From NCBI RefSeq assembly GCF_001194135.2, contig NC_069003.1:29226647-29274076 (forward strand): a DNA stretch of 47,430 bases. The letters are read 5' to 3'. This document shows, piece after piece, positions 1 through 12,511 of the stretch (positions are counted from its first letter, which is position 1; every line of letters begins with the position of its first letter). This stretch comes from Octopus bimaculoides (Eukaryota). Below the pieces are notes generated by a model. That model had not been told where the DNA came from, made no database searches, and worked only from the letters and a program-made list of their open reading frames with translations. Position numbers and translations under genes: made by a program.

Positions 1-34
<34 letters not shown>

Positions 35-44
35 TGTATGTATA
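1..44. repeat. (TATG)n microsatellite
   Basis: Direct reading. Confidence 0.95.
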
Positions 45-387
45 GCTGAAACTTACAGAAAAACAAACGACAAAGACAAGTGTATGAACAACAAACACAT
101 ATATTAGTTTGACGCTCGGGAGAAAGGAAAAAGCCTTTTTACCTTTCGAGCCTACGCTCTTGCACAGGAAAGAATAAGAGAAAATAAATAGAGAGAGAAA
201 AAAATAAGTTGTATATATGTATATATGAATAGATATACATATCCACATCTACTTGACTGAGTACTATAGCTGCTGCTACTGCTTAGTGTTGCTTACGGAG
301 TAAGGAGGGGGCTAGAAAGGGGAAGGGGAAGTAGAGCGATTACTGACAGATAAGATAGAGGATGAATATTCTCCTGAGGGGGAATAA

Positions 388-641
388 GTGTGTGTGTCTG
401 TGAGTGTGTGTGTGTGCATGTGTGTCTGTGTCTGTGATGGCGTGTGGGTGTGTTTGTGTGTGTGCTTGTGTCCGTGTGTATGTTTTTGTGTGTTTGTCTT
501 TGTCCGCGTGCGTGTTTGTGTGTTTGTGTGTGTGTGCCTGTGCAGGAGTGTACATGTGTGTATGAGTGCGTGTGTGCGTGTGTCTGTGTGTATGTGTGCA
601 TGTGTGCATGTGTGAGTGTGTGTTTGTGTATGTGTGTATGT
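388..641. repeat. Degenerate (TG)n tract
   Basis: Direct reading; source of five spurious ORFs. Confidence 0.95.
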
Positions 642-1356
642 ACTTACCAAAGTTGAACAGCAAACCGTAAAAAAAAAACCGATGAAAGAATTTTATCTTC
701 TTCTAATGTTTTCTATTCCCAGAGTGTACCAAAGAATTTATTTTTTGGATTTTCGATTTAAATGTTCCTAACTATAATTTTACACATGTGATAGTAATAT
801 TTATATTGCATTTCATGTAAGTTTTTCTTCGTAAGATGTAATATGAATGATGTTAGAACCGCGTTTATAAATAACAATAATGCTAAAATTAATAGCTAAT
901 GGTTTGCCAGAATTATTAAGTAGAACTATAATATGCTGTTCAAGTCATTGTTCGATGATGGAAAAAAAAATCAGACAGAATTCGATTTACAATTGATTTC
1001 ACTATGCTTAGTTAGCTTGGACGTGTCAAAACGAGGATAAAATGATATTAAGTGTGATAAACTAATGGTCGATTTGATCGACAGCAACGCTTTAGAAACC
1101 GTTGCTTGAGGCCATTTTTTTGAAAACGATTTCTTGTAAAATCTCGGCTGTTATTATTGGAATATTAATAACAGAATGCATTAATATAGTATTAATGACA
1201 ATTCAGTTAGTATTCAACAGAATATTTTATGAAATAGTTTGCGAACACTCTATTATCATAAAAATAATTCATAGAATATTACACGTCACATATGACAAGA
1301 AATTATAGAAAAATATAACCACAATTTGGATCGATGATGGATCCATATTCGTAGCG

Positions 1357-1525
1357 AGGTGCAGGCGTGACTGCATGGGTGAGCCGTTTACTTCCCACCC
1401 ATGTCGTCTAGGGTTCACTCTCATTGCACCTCACATTCAGCATGTGTCTTCTCATATAGCTGAAGATCAGCCAAAGCCTTTCAAGTAGATTTAGTAAGCG
1501 GGAACTAAAATAAGTCCGCCGTGTA
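1357..1525 (+). mobile_element. SINE family B, 5' module only, degenerate
   Basis: Colinear with the 37613-37782 head (tRNA-like head, GTGTCTTCT..TATAGC, CCAAAGCCTT, GGAACT..AAG.CC). Confidence 0.75.
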
Positions 1526-1796
1526 CATACATAAAGACATACATGCATACACACACAAGTTACCTTAGTGTTAAATATATATATATATATATANNNNNNN
1601 NNNATATTCTTTGTGAAAGACTTACTTTACTACTTCAGAAAAATATATTTATATAAAATATTTTAGTCTGTGTACAGACACGAATACACATCTACATATC
1701 CCGTATATTTATGAAATATCATATATTATCGCTTTCCAGATATGCTTATGTATATATATATATATATATACATATATATACATTTCTATCCCTAAA

Positions 1797-2016
1797 GTGA
1801 CGAGCTGGTAGAATCGTTAGCACACCGGGCAAAACACTAAACATTGTTTTCTCCGCCATTGCGTAAACAGTCTGAGTCTAGATGCCACCGGAGTCAACTT
1901 CGCCTTTCCTCCTTTCGGGCTCTATAAAATATATACGAATTGAGCACTGGGGTCAATGTAATCGACTTACTCTGTCCCCGGAATTTCGTGGCCCTGTGCC
2001 AGAAGTTGAAACCAAT
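1797..2016 (+). mobile_element. SINE family A (tRNA head, Meta-domain-like core), full length
   Basis: GAGCTGGTAGAATCGTTAGCACACCGGGC head, GTCAACTTCGCCTTTCCTCCTTTCGGG core, CACTGGGGTCAATGTAATCGACT, TGTGCC..AAGTTGAAACC tail. Meta-domain similarity is recalled, not searched. Confidence 0.88.
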
Positions 2017-2901
2017 ACATTCCCGACTCTAATTTCTACCATTATCACAATACTAGCCATCCCAATTCTATCACCTTCGTACGTCTTTCATTTCATCGAC
2101 TTCAGAATATTTTCATCCTAATGTTATCTTTGCTGGTTTATTTTCAGTCTTCATTCCACCCAGCTTAGTAGACATTTTATCCTCATTTTATCTATGCTAA
2201 TATATTTTAATTATCATGTTATCTATGTTAGTATACATTTTATCCTCTTGTTATCTATGTAAGAACACTTTCCATTCTCATTTCATCGAAGATGATCCTC
2301 ATGTTAACCAAACTAGTATATTTTGATTCTCATTTCATCTACGTTAGTATATTAATGACCGTTACTTTATTCAAACCAGTGTAATACTGGTCTTCAATTT
2401 ATTGACTCCCATTATATTACTAATACCGATTTTATGGACGTCATTACATAAACTTAGCTTTATTTCAACAAGCCGAAGAGATAGAATCAAACTTGATTTC
2501 TGTGACATGAGATTTGCTACGTAAAACGGTAAAGTAAAATATTACTATGTGTGCTTTCATATTCTTGCAGTGGTTTAAAGAAAAGGCATTGTGCTATTAG
2601 TTGTTGTTCTTTAACTCAGCGTGGCAGAAGTGTTAAACCATCGCGCGAAATTTCCACAGACTGTTTACATTCTACGACGTCAGATATGGCAAGTTGTATT
2701 AGAACTTGATTTTCCCTTAGTCAACAGCAGTAGCGTATAGAGAAGAGTATTACCGTATATTCAATTGTTAACCTTCACAGATTTCCCTCGAAGGTACTTT
2801 TTAGTTGAATATATATATTTAGTGACGTCTGGGAGGCAGAAAAAATCCTTAAATATCCGACACTTCACAGATACTCCCAATATAATTTTAGTATAAATCG
2901 A

Positions 2902-3066
2902 GCAAATATTTTTAGGAGGGGAGGATACCGATTACGTCGACTGGTACATTATTTTATCGACCCAGGAAGAGAGACAAAGTTGACTTCGGTGGTGTGTGAA
3001 ATCAAAACATGAAGAGGCAAAAGAAATACCGCTAAACATTTTGGTTTGCATGGTAGCAATTCTGAC
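2902..3066 (-). mobile_element. SINE family A, degenerate
   Basis: Reverse-complement match to family A core and head. Confidence 0.75.
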
Positions 3067-3413
3067 AATGTGTTCCCTTACCGAAATTATGTATCGATGT
3101 ATTTTAATTATTTGCATGTTGATTGATTGTGTGCTATGCAATGTGTCTTTAATGTTATTAGATTAAAACTACTGATGCTGTTGCTATTGTTGTCAGCTTT
3201 GATCGGACAGATCTATGAACTAAGGCATTCTAGTCAATTTAGTCAATATATATCCTTATTTATGAGCACGGAGGGTGTAATCTGTGAAATATTTGCATCT
3301 GTTAATTGCACGCTGCGTGGCAATTGGATGGCTCACTTCCGGCCTTCTGTACCCACTGTGGGTAATTTGGGGAATCAGCACACAATTTTGTTAGGAAGGT
3401 TTCACAGTAGCAG

Positions 3414-3748
3414 TGGGCAAGTGTCTTCTTCTATAGCCTCGGGCTGACCAAAGTCTTGTGAGTGGATTTGGTAGACGGAAACTGAAAGAAGCCCGTCGTA
3501 TATATGGATATATATATGTATATGTGTGTGTATATGTTTGTGTGTCTGTGTTTGTCCCCCCAACATAGCATAACAACCGATGCTCCTGTGTTTACGTCCC
3601 CGTAACTTAGCGGTTCGGCAAAAGAGACTGATAGAATAAGTACTAGGCTTCCAAAGAATAAACCTTGGGGTCGATTTACTCGACTAAAAGGCGGTGCTCC
3701 AGCATGGCCGCAGTCAAATGACTGAAGCAAGTGAAAGAGTAAATGAGT
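3414..3748 (+). mobile_element. SINE family B, 5'-truncated, well preserved, internal (TA)/(TG) microsatellite
   Basis: GGGCAAGTGTCTTCT...GACGGAAACTGAAAGAAGCCCGTCGTATA, then microsatellite, then CGTAACTTAGCGGTTCGGCAAAAGAG...CCAGCATGGCCGCAGTCAAATGACTGA; shared with 37613-38337 and 19363-19712. Confidence 0.9.
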
Positions 3749-4063
3749 AGCATTGTAAATTCATATCTCCAGTATCAAGGATAATAATATTAAATAAAAG
3801 GTTACATTTTCTATTAGTCAGTGTATAGTCCATATATCAGTTCGTGTCAGCATAGTTAATGCAGTGAATATCGGTAAATTAATTACAAAAATTTATGAGG
3901 TGATGAAAGAACGGCTTTGAGACAGTGAGTATTATTATTTTTTCGAAACTATGGAAACATTTTATATGTTGGTGAAAAGGAGACACAACTCTGGCCAAGC
4001 TTTGGACTTAATATTCCTCCTCATTTGCAATGTAAATCAATAGTAGGAAATTAAGCGACCAAG

Positions 4064-4176
4064 TTCGACTCATGATGTCCGATTAGATATTCGACTCACG
4101 AATTTCATCTAGAGTTTCGACTCATTATGTTCGTCTCATGGTTCGACTCATGATGTTCGATTAGTTGTTTGACTCC
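4064..4176 (+). repeat. 26-bp-period degenerate minisatellite with conserved TTCGACTCA
   Basis: Motif starts at 4064, 4090, 4116, 4142 and (variant TTTGACTCC) 4168. Confidence 0.85.
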
Positions 4177-5290
4177 TGAACTGAGAGCCACATGATGCCC
4201 TCAAGCAAAGAATATATTTTTATATTGCCCCACTCTACTCAGATGTAATCATTATTAATCTGTTCTTGCTGTCAACCTTTCACTCTCTCCCTTTGTCATA
4301 AATCTGCATGTTCTTCTGGAGCAGGAGTGAGGCGACTCGAAAGTAGTCAGCATATATCTCTTCCCGTCTATATGGACACTTCAAAGCTACCAGAAACACT
4401 ATGCCACATGTTATATGTTAGCAATAAACTCTCACCTGAGGGTGATTTTTATTACATCGCTCTTTATTTAGTACAAATGTTGGTTTCATGGGCTCCAGAC
4501 AGATGAAAAGTGTAGTGAAATATAAATCATGAATATTTAGTTTATAGAAATATATCTGTACTCTGTATCAGCCTAAAATTGCTAATGTAATTTTTTCATA
4601 ACTCATTGAAATTTATAATCACTTTCTGTCAAGTCCAATGCATATTTCTCTAAATTTTACGTAAATATTACTTCTAATAACAGTTGAAGCAACGGTTTAG
4701 GTATATTAGTTAAAGTCAAAACAAATTTGCTATATCATATGTAATGAAGAGCCAGAATGTCTGCAGGAATTTTGGAGAAATTCCTGAATATATACTAAGT
4801 TAAGCTGAAAGTAATGATAAATAAATCTGTTTAATAAATGCGTCAGGTTTTATTTCACTGCAGAAGGTGAAACTTATAAAAGAATCTTCTGTTTAGAAAT
4901 AAGTTTCAATGCTGACAGTTATAGTTTCAAGTGGATAAATTTAGTGTACGTTATGCATACATCTTGAAAGTTTTAACAATTTAGTTACTTGACAAGAGGG
5001 ATTGAAATGGCCGCGTAAGTGGCAAAACTTTTATTCAATTATTTGTTTCAATTATTGAATTGTGTCTACTCTGGCGTACCAGCACCATCCCGTGTATTGT
5101 TTTTATCGATCACATCGATCACCGATTATACAAGTTATATGAACTCTTTCTATGTATTGAATCGCTAAAGTTTTCTCTTTGTTACAACGCTAGTAAGTAT
5201 TTATAAACAGCATCCAATGCCTTTACTGGATGCATGTGCATATGCATGTGAGAGAGTGTAACTTCTATAATAAAGGATCGTCTGAATTAT

Positions 5291-5504
5291 GTGTGTGTGT
5301 GTGTGTGTGTGTTATGACTCCCACGACCCGTTGAAGTTCAGTACATGTTTACGTACGTCCCTATAACTTAGTAGTTTCGCAAAAGCATACCATAGAAGTA
5401 TCAAGTTAAAAATAAATATTCTTTCGACTTGTTCGATAAAAATCCCTTCAAGGTGGTGTCGCAGCACGACTGCACTTCAATAACAGTAAAAAGTAAAAGA
5501 TAAA
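5291..5504 (+). mobile_element. SINE family B, 3' module, degenerate
   Basis: (TG)n followed by a degenerate match to the 3560-3740 tail. Confidence 0.7.
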
Positions 5505-5862
5505 CGAATTAGTAGCATCGAGGAAGATCGAGGGGTCAAAGACCAAAATGAAATCTTCCCAGTTTTGACATTACATGTTATATGTATGACTTTTCTACTG
5601 CTAAATCTGCAAGAAAATTGTGTTTTCCTAAAACAAAACAAAAACAGAAAACATCAAACATGTGAGAAAATGAGAATAGTGATAGATTCAATCTACAATT
5701 TCAACTTTTAGTTTCATTAACATTGACAGTGTTTCTTTAAACTGATTTCTGTTTTGATATACAAGCTGACAATTGTTCCGTTGATGTGAAAATAAAGAAA
5801 AACAAAGTCAAAGCATAGAATAGTATAAATATAGAAATATATACATATAAATACATAACTTT

Positions 5863-5885
5863 ATGTATGTATGTATGTATGTATT

Positions 5886-5917
<32 letters not shown>

Positions 5918-5994
5918 ATATGCGTATGTTTACAGATGTGTGTGTCCGTAAGAGAGAGAGAGAGAGAGAGAGAGAATGAGGAATGAGAGAGAGA
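5863..5994. repeat. Compound (TATG)/(TA)/(GA) microsatellite
   Basis: Direct reading. Confidence 0.9.
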
Positions 5995-7721
5995 AACATT
6001 TTCTGAGAGCTTCAAGGAACAATGAAGGAACAATTATAATTAGAAAATTATATTTGGCTCCGTTGTTTTGGTAGTATTAGTAAGATTTAAACTAAGATAC
6101 TAACGAAATTTTGCATTGCAGGTTATTGAATCTCGCAACCCACTCTTTTATTCCCAATAATAAAAACGATGACGTTGTCTTATTTTTGTGACAATGATAG
6201 TGCAGTCTGTCAATTTCTGCTGGTTTCTACAATATACATAGTTTCTTGATATTATGACGTAAAGCACAAGTGACGTCTGTTCCGATTATTTATTTTACCA
6301 TCAATAACTGCGAAGGAAGATCACAGATCACAGTGGCAAGTTTTCCTCAATATCGTTTTACTATAGAATGATTGCCATATAATACGAATTTATTACGTTC
6401 ATACAGTTCATAGGTTTACAAAGGAAAGAAAAGATAATTGATTATATAGTAGTGGTTTTCTAATATTTTCTTAGACGACTCTAGAGCAATAGATAGATTT
6501 ATATAAGCGATCTAGAGAACGGGAATACATAGCAACCCTCGGTGGAATTACGAGTATAGCAGTTAGAATGACGAAACTAAATAATCTTAGTTTTGTAGGC
6601 AAACACATAACTTCTGACATTCAAGTAACATAAAAAGTACTACTAATATAAATCTATGGATGTCCTATGGTAGAATGTTATATTCAATTTTCCTATATAT
6701 TTTTTACCTAAGGGAATGGATAAAATAACGAACTTAAGGTAAACAGAAATGAACTCAAAATGGTCATGATCATAACAACACTCCGTAAATATTGATTTAC
6801 GGATTGTATTGATTATATTCATATATTGATATTATATTTCCTTCATGTGAATATTTGTTTCTCCGATTGAATCAACCGTTTGATATACTTATTCGAACTC
6901 TTCTCTGAAGCATAATATCATAGATAATATACACATATAAATATATCGATTATATTGATTAGATCGATTCATCACCTTGCTAATTACAATAATGAAGTTT
7001 TCACACGCTGACACAGACACAGACATAACAAAAATGACATATTGTTAATTACATCGATCTAATCGATTGATTATATAGGTGTCGGTGAGTGAGAACCTAC
7101 ATAGCGCACATATCTATTGGAAATGGTACCCATATCTACAGCATATTATAGCTTATTTCCCTGAAAAGACAGCCGCATTCGATATTATAGCTCCAGATAA
7201 GGACAGCTAGTGGCAGTCATAGCCATTACATATTTTACCATAGTTTTACTCGCACAGAGGTTCACCGGGCCTGAAAGTAACAAAATCAACAATAATATTT
7301 GGCAATTATTTTAATCACCATGAAATAATAAATGTTAAGATCGATATTGGCGAGTTGGGAAAGCAGGAATTGAGAAAACAAAATGTGATTAAAACCGGAG
7401 AAGTATTCTGTTTGGTATTTTATCGATTGTAACCGAGAAAATTTCGGGTAAACACAATCAGTCTGATAAGTAATAACTTATAGATATGTTAATACAGCGA
7501 AAGCAGATAATAATAATAGATAAATCTTCCTTGTGAGGAAAAAGTGTAACTGGTAATGTTACATCTAATGTACAAGTCACAATATCCAGGGCATATTATA
7601 TGTTAATACAACCTTAGATTTTTTTATAGGAGAAATTGCTCTTAGTGATGTTAGTGAAATCTTATTACTGACAGTATTTTGTAATGTTACTGTGATCACA
7701 CATTAGTAAATTCCTATTTAC

Positions 7722-7722
<1 letters not shown>

Positions 7723-7796
<74 letters not shown>
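7723..7796. repeat. (ATCT)n microsatellite running into a gap
   Basis: Direct reading. Confidence 0.95.
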
Positions 7797-9107
7797 NNNN
7801 NNNNNNNNNNNNNNNNNNNNNNNNNNNNNNNNNNNNNNNNNNNNNNNNNNNNNNNNNNNNNNNNNNNNNNNNNNNNNNNNNNNNNNNNNNNNNNNNNNNN
7901 NNNNNNNNNNNNNNNNNNNNNNNNNNNNNNNNNNNNNNNNNNNNNNNNNTATATATACTTATAGGCAAGTTCAAAGTTCTGCGCATTTTGTATCAAATCC
8001 AGAACTTACAAGTCATACTTCTTAACATCATACGCAAATGCCTGCCTTACTTCGCGCACTCATGACTCGCTATTTTCTCGTTCCCTTAACACCCACAAAC
8101 ACCCCAGGAACCGTTACATACATATTATTCTACGTGTAAGTTTTGGTTTTCTAGATTATTTTTTCTCTGTCCCACTTTCTTCGTACGACAGCATGCGCTC
8201 GGCGCATCTGTCAAGCGCATGTAAGTATACCATTCCTTCAAACGAAGCAAATATAAAATATTCTACTTAAATACTCTCTCGAAGTGTTTCAGAAAATAAA
8301 TTTGTCTCGAACATTCAGAGTCAAATACATTAATCTCTGAGATGTTCAGCTAATATTTACTGCCATTTGTTAAAGTATTGTAGCGACAGTTTTATTAGAA
8401 TATGCTTGTAATAGTCTTTGAAGCCGTATTAATTGTACTTATTTTCCAATTAAAATTAAATAGCAGTCATAAAATGTCGATGTCGAAAAGTTTGAATGTT
8501 TTAATAACAATATCAAAGTCTTTGTTCTGACAAAAGTTATTGTTTTTTACCTCATGTTTAAAACGCAATAAACGCACGCTGAGAGCAATTAAAAGATGTG
8601 AAGATGAAAGACCTACAGAGTTTAGCTTTTAGCAGCAGATGAGTATAAATTAATTAATTGTAGGTGGTGGACAATAAAATTAAACAATTATAGCCAATAT
8701 TACAAAACAAGAAACCGGTCATACAAGGTACTCAGGTTAAATCAAATACTATGGTCTCTTAATTAAATTTCAGATTCTGATCTAAAGTGTGACATAAGTG
8801 ATGCACACCATATTATTACAAATATAGACTAGGATATTAAGCATCTAATTAAAGAATATTAGCAACGCAAAGAGCATTTTAATGAGACAAATGAAAAAAC
8901 AGTTTATTAACAAGTTTTCCTTACATAAACATGTCAACAAATGTAGAATGAAGGATAAACTGAATTATTGCGGCACTGTATATATAATGGTCCCCGGAGG
9001 ATGAAATTCAAATTCTTTCTAATTTTTGGCTCCGGACCAGCTATTTTGAGGGGAGGGGAAGCTGATAACTTTCATTTCACTGCTGAACTGGTGGATCAAG
9101 TGATGGA

Positions 9108-9680
9108 TGGATCGTTTCAAAATCTCAAACTGTTTTGGTGCCAGTGAGAAGACACATAGTCACTGAAAAGTAGCGGTTGTCATCAGAGAAAGATTAAGAG
9201 ATATTCAAATCAAAATAGATAGATTTCAAGGGGACATTCTCTCTCCCGTCTTGTTTGCAATCGCACTGATCCGATCCTTGGTTACACTACAGAAACGTAA
9301 GAAAAGATACCCAATGGGAAAGAAAAAGAAAAAAAATGAACTATGTAATTATGGAGAGATTTAAATATTTTATGGCAAATGCAAAGAAGAACTAGACTCC
9401 TTATTGAAAACAGTGAGAATATTTGGTACTAATATCAGCGCGCTTTAGGACTTGGAAAATAGGCTATGATAGAGATGAACGGAGAACGGAGAAACGTATA
9501 TAAACTTGCTGGAATATATCTACTTAATGATGAGATTATAAAATCATAATATAGCGCAAACACTCGGGAGCACAGGAAAGTAACAAAATGAAACATTATA
9601 AAGAATATTTTTGCAGAAAGTAAACTCTTAAATACAAATTGAATGCGGGGAAAACATAAAATTATTCAACTTGAGCAGTT
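9108..9680 (+). mobile_element. Decayed R4/Dong-type non-LTR retrotransposon reverse transcriptase fragment
   Basis: Translations: WIV..LKLFG; IQIKIDRFQGDILSPVLFAIAL (frame from 9200); a frameshifted YMDDLK-like segment followed by YGKCKEELDSLLKTVRIFGTNI; KEYFCR...LKYKLNAGK...*AV. These follow the R4-clade RT block order. Confidence 0.8.
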
Positions 9681-10006
9681 TTCCTTCATTTCATATTTTT
9701 TGAATTTGCGTTTATACTAGAAATGTGTGTTTCTATTACGCTTAATGCATACGTATTCTCCTCACTGGGCAGTACATTTCATGAGATTTCCCCGCTTCTT
9801 CCCCAACATTTTGAATTTTATAAGGCATCTCAATACCGTTAGGTAACATCATTCATTTGGAAAATATTATCTGGAACTCATAAAATATGTTTACGATATT
9901 GGATATTAGAGAACCATGTTGAGTGTGAAATATATTTCTTATAGCATACTTACCTTCTTTGCGTAATTTCATCAATGAATACACTTACATTCATCAAATA
10001 TATAGA

Positions 10007-10126
10007 TTCCAACTTTTCGCACAACGCCAACAAGTTCAGGATGTGAGGATATCGATTACATCAATCCCAGTGCTTAACTGGTACTCATCTTATCAAGCCG
10101 GAAGCGATGAAGGCCAAAGTCCACGT
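10007..10126 (-). mobile_element. SINE family A, 3' half
   Basis: CGATTACATCAATCCCAGTGCTTAACTGGTACT...GATGAAGGCCAAAGTC. Confidence 0.75.
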
Positions 10127-10129
10127 CTG

Positions 10130-10212
<83 letters not shown>

Positions 10213-10215
<3 letters not shown>

Positions 10216-10343
10216 CAGCTTCTTTCAATTTCCGTGTACCAATTCTATTCCCGGGTCTTTGAAACTATAGTGAAAAACACATGGCCCTTAGTTCCATACA
10301 GTTAGACTGAACTCGGTACGATGCAGTCGGGAAGCAAAACGCT
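10213..10343 (-). mobile_element. SINE family B, 5' module
   Basis: Reverse complement of the family B head; abuts (TA)n 10132-10213. Confidence 0.7.
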
Positions 10344-10504
10344 GAGAAATTACCAGTTCACCATCGAACGCACTGAATAAGATTACAGGGACAGAAAAAA
10401 ATTCATTATGAGAAAGAAGTGTCGTTGAATGTTATCACTGAGATGCTTGCAAAAATGCAAACTAATACACAATTTGCTTCTTAATATTTATGGAACTATA
10501 CATT

Positions 10505-10947
10505 GAAAGACGTCCATAACTTTAACCACATGTGGGGTATAAGAATATCAGAAGACAGAAAGACATGAAAGTCAATTATTGGACAGATCAAGGCTGCTTT
10601 CGATGAGATCAAACATTTATTGCCAAATAAAAGGTTATGAATAAGTATAATGAAATGTCAATACATTTATATATAGCTGTGTGATCTGAAATACTTAGAA
10701 GTACGAGCAAAAGCTTATCAGTGCCTTGCAGACAGAGTTCGTTTCATGAATGATGGAGATATATACGGATAGAACAGCATTTGCTGAAGTCTTTAGATAA
10801 GCAGAAAAAATCGCTGTCTTCTCAACACAGAGATGAAACGGACTATATTCACTGGACATCAAATGAGTGCTGATCAGTTAATGTCTGTTGAAAAAGTGAA
10901 AGAGAGACGACCACGATCAAATCAGAGAGAGAGAAGTTATTCGTTGG
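10505..10947 (+). mobile_element. Decayed RTE-like LINE, C-terminal RT region
   Basis: Translations: V.NF...GIRISED.....IIGQIKAAFDEIKHLLPNKRL, FTGHQM, and a frameshifted KR..RPR, resembling RTE blocks F.YLG..IS.D / RIG.A..AF / GH.MR / GKR.RGRPR. Confidence 0.65.
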
Positions 10948-11112
10948 CTTCACAAGCTAGTTTTAACGAATGCTGTTGTGATCCGTGACCGCTGACACCT
11001 GTAGGCATGTTGTGTAACGAAGAGTTTATTCTATAAACTATATTACCTACATACTATCTCCTTCATGTCCACAAAATATATTCTAAAAACTATATTGACT
11101 ATTTACAATATA

Positions 11113-11605
11113 ATATGGAGCACTGTTGCTAATTCTGGTGTTTGAAACATCTACTTCTGTAAGAGGGAGGCCAAATAGACACAGCAACATCCAGTTGTTA
11201 ATATGGAGCTGCTACGGAAATTTCTGGATCTCAAAATCACACACGCATTCGAATGTGTGATTTCAACAGGATGGGGTTACCCCTCACATAATGAGCTAAA
11301 TGAAATTTTCTTAGAGAATAGATTCTAGGGCACTTGATCTTAAGTGGTAATAATAAATGACCTGCACTCTGGATCGAATTTGCTTGATCTCGCTCCTTGT
11401 GATTTTGTTCTTGGAACCAGCAATTTCAGGTCTACAAACATCGACTGACAACTGTTGATGAATTGCAGTCTGCTATACGTCAATCAAGCGGATACATAGT
11501 GTCGGAAATGACACGCAGATGATAGAAAACTCAAGAAATCAATTTCAGCAGTTTATCAGGATTAGAGGCCGCCATTTAAACGATGTCATTTTAAAAAACA
11601 AATGA
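11113..11605 (+). mobile_element. Decayed Tc1/mariner (maT-like) transposase C-terminal half
   Basis: Translations: IWSTVANSGV*NIYF, LLRKFLDLKI, FQQDGVTPH (11261), *PA..., DLAPCDF, VYKHRLTTVDELQSAIR, IEN.RNQFQQFIRIRGRHLNDVILK*. Indels prevent reliable catalytic spacing. Confidence 0.8.
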
Positions 11606-12121
11606 AATAAACTGTATCAGTTTAGCTTAACCTTATTGTAATGTCGTTTTTTCTTAATAACATTTACCTTAATCTTTTTGTCAGCTCGTCAAATTGGAAC
11701 CTTTTTATAATTGAACGGTATGTGTAAATATGTAATTTCATGGTGGGTTGGGTGTTGCTTCAAGCAGATCGAGTTATCATGTAAATACTTCCTCGTGTTA
11801 TGGTTTGTGTTCCGGCACTTGATGCACTTCGGATTTTGCGGAAACAGCTGCTTGGAATTTACCATGAAGCGGATCGATACAATTTTGGTATTTCCAGCTT
11901 GGTCATCCGGTATTTCCCAAAACATGATTCTTGAATGGAGATTATTGATTTTTTTTTCATTGAATCCTTGACTGGAAAATATCGATTTTCTTTCTCTGCA
12001 CTAAATGACGGAGCCATCGTGACTGTACTTCGATTAAAATTTCAGATTATCAGCTTGGAATTATGAAATTCCTCTATTAGTACTGTATCATTTAATGTTA
12101 CGTAGACTGCTACAATATTGA

Positions 12122-12324
12122 TTTCAAATTCTGACGTAAGACCAGCAATTTCGGGGAAGGGCTATGCGACTTACGTCGACACCAGTATTCAACTGGTACT
12201 TATTTTATCGATCCTGAAATGATGAAAGGTAAAGTCGACCTCAGCGGAATTACTCAGAGCGTGAAGACAGATGAATTACCATCAAGCATCTCAACCGGCG
12301 CGATAGGAATTCTGTCAGATTGCG
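12122..12324 (-). mobile_element. SINE family A, full length
   Basis: ACTGGTACTTATTTTATCGATCC.GAAA.GATGAAAGGTAAAGTCGACCTC core with tail and head. Confidence 0.88.
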
Positions 12325-12511
12325 ACTTAAATTTTGTAAGTATTCATATTTAACGTAACCACCAAGATAAAATTTTATTTTCGGTGTTGAGTGATCTAGT
12401 AGACCAACCTGTGTTTTATCTCTCATTCTTATTTTGGACCTTAAAAGAGCCAAATATAAAGAAAATTTCGGTGAGTTAAGTACCCGAATTGTAATAAAAA
12501 GCAATAAATTG

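Noticed and set aside
293-663. Overlapping His/Thr- and Cys/Val-rich ORFs (similar ones at 15260-15719, 21325-21559, 28145-28560, 46826-47384)
   Set aside because: They are translations of (TG)n/(TA)n/(TATG)n microsatellites.
4064-4176. CRISPR-like repeat-spacer appearance
   Set aside because: The repeat is only 9 bp, spacers 1 and 4 are near-identical, there are no cas genes and the context is eukaryotic.
6957-7064. 12-bp inverted repeat GATTAGATCGAT / ATCGATCTAATC
   Set aside because: About one such match is expected by chance in an AT-rich window of this size (rough estimate); no TSD.
11689-11971. Cys-containing ORFs (KCIKCR...) suggestive of a piggyBac C-terminal domain
   Set aside because: The remaining Cys/His ligands and upstream transposase motifs could not be found in any frame; a profile search would be needed.
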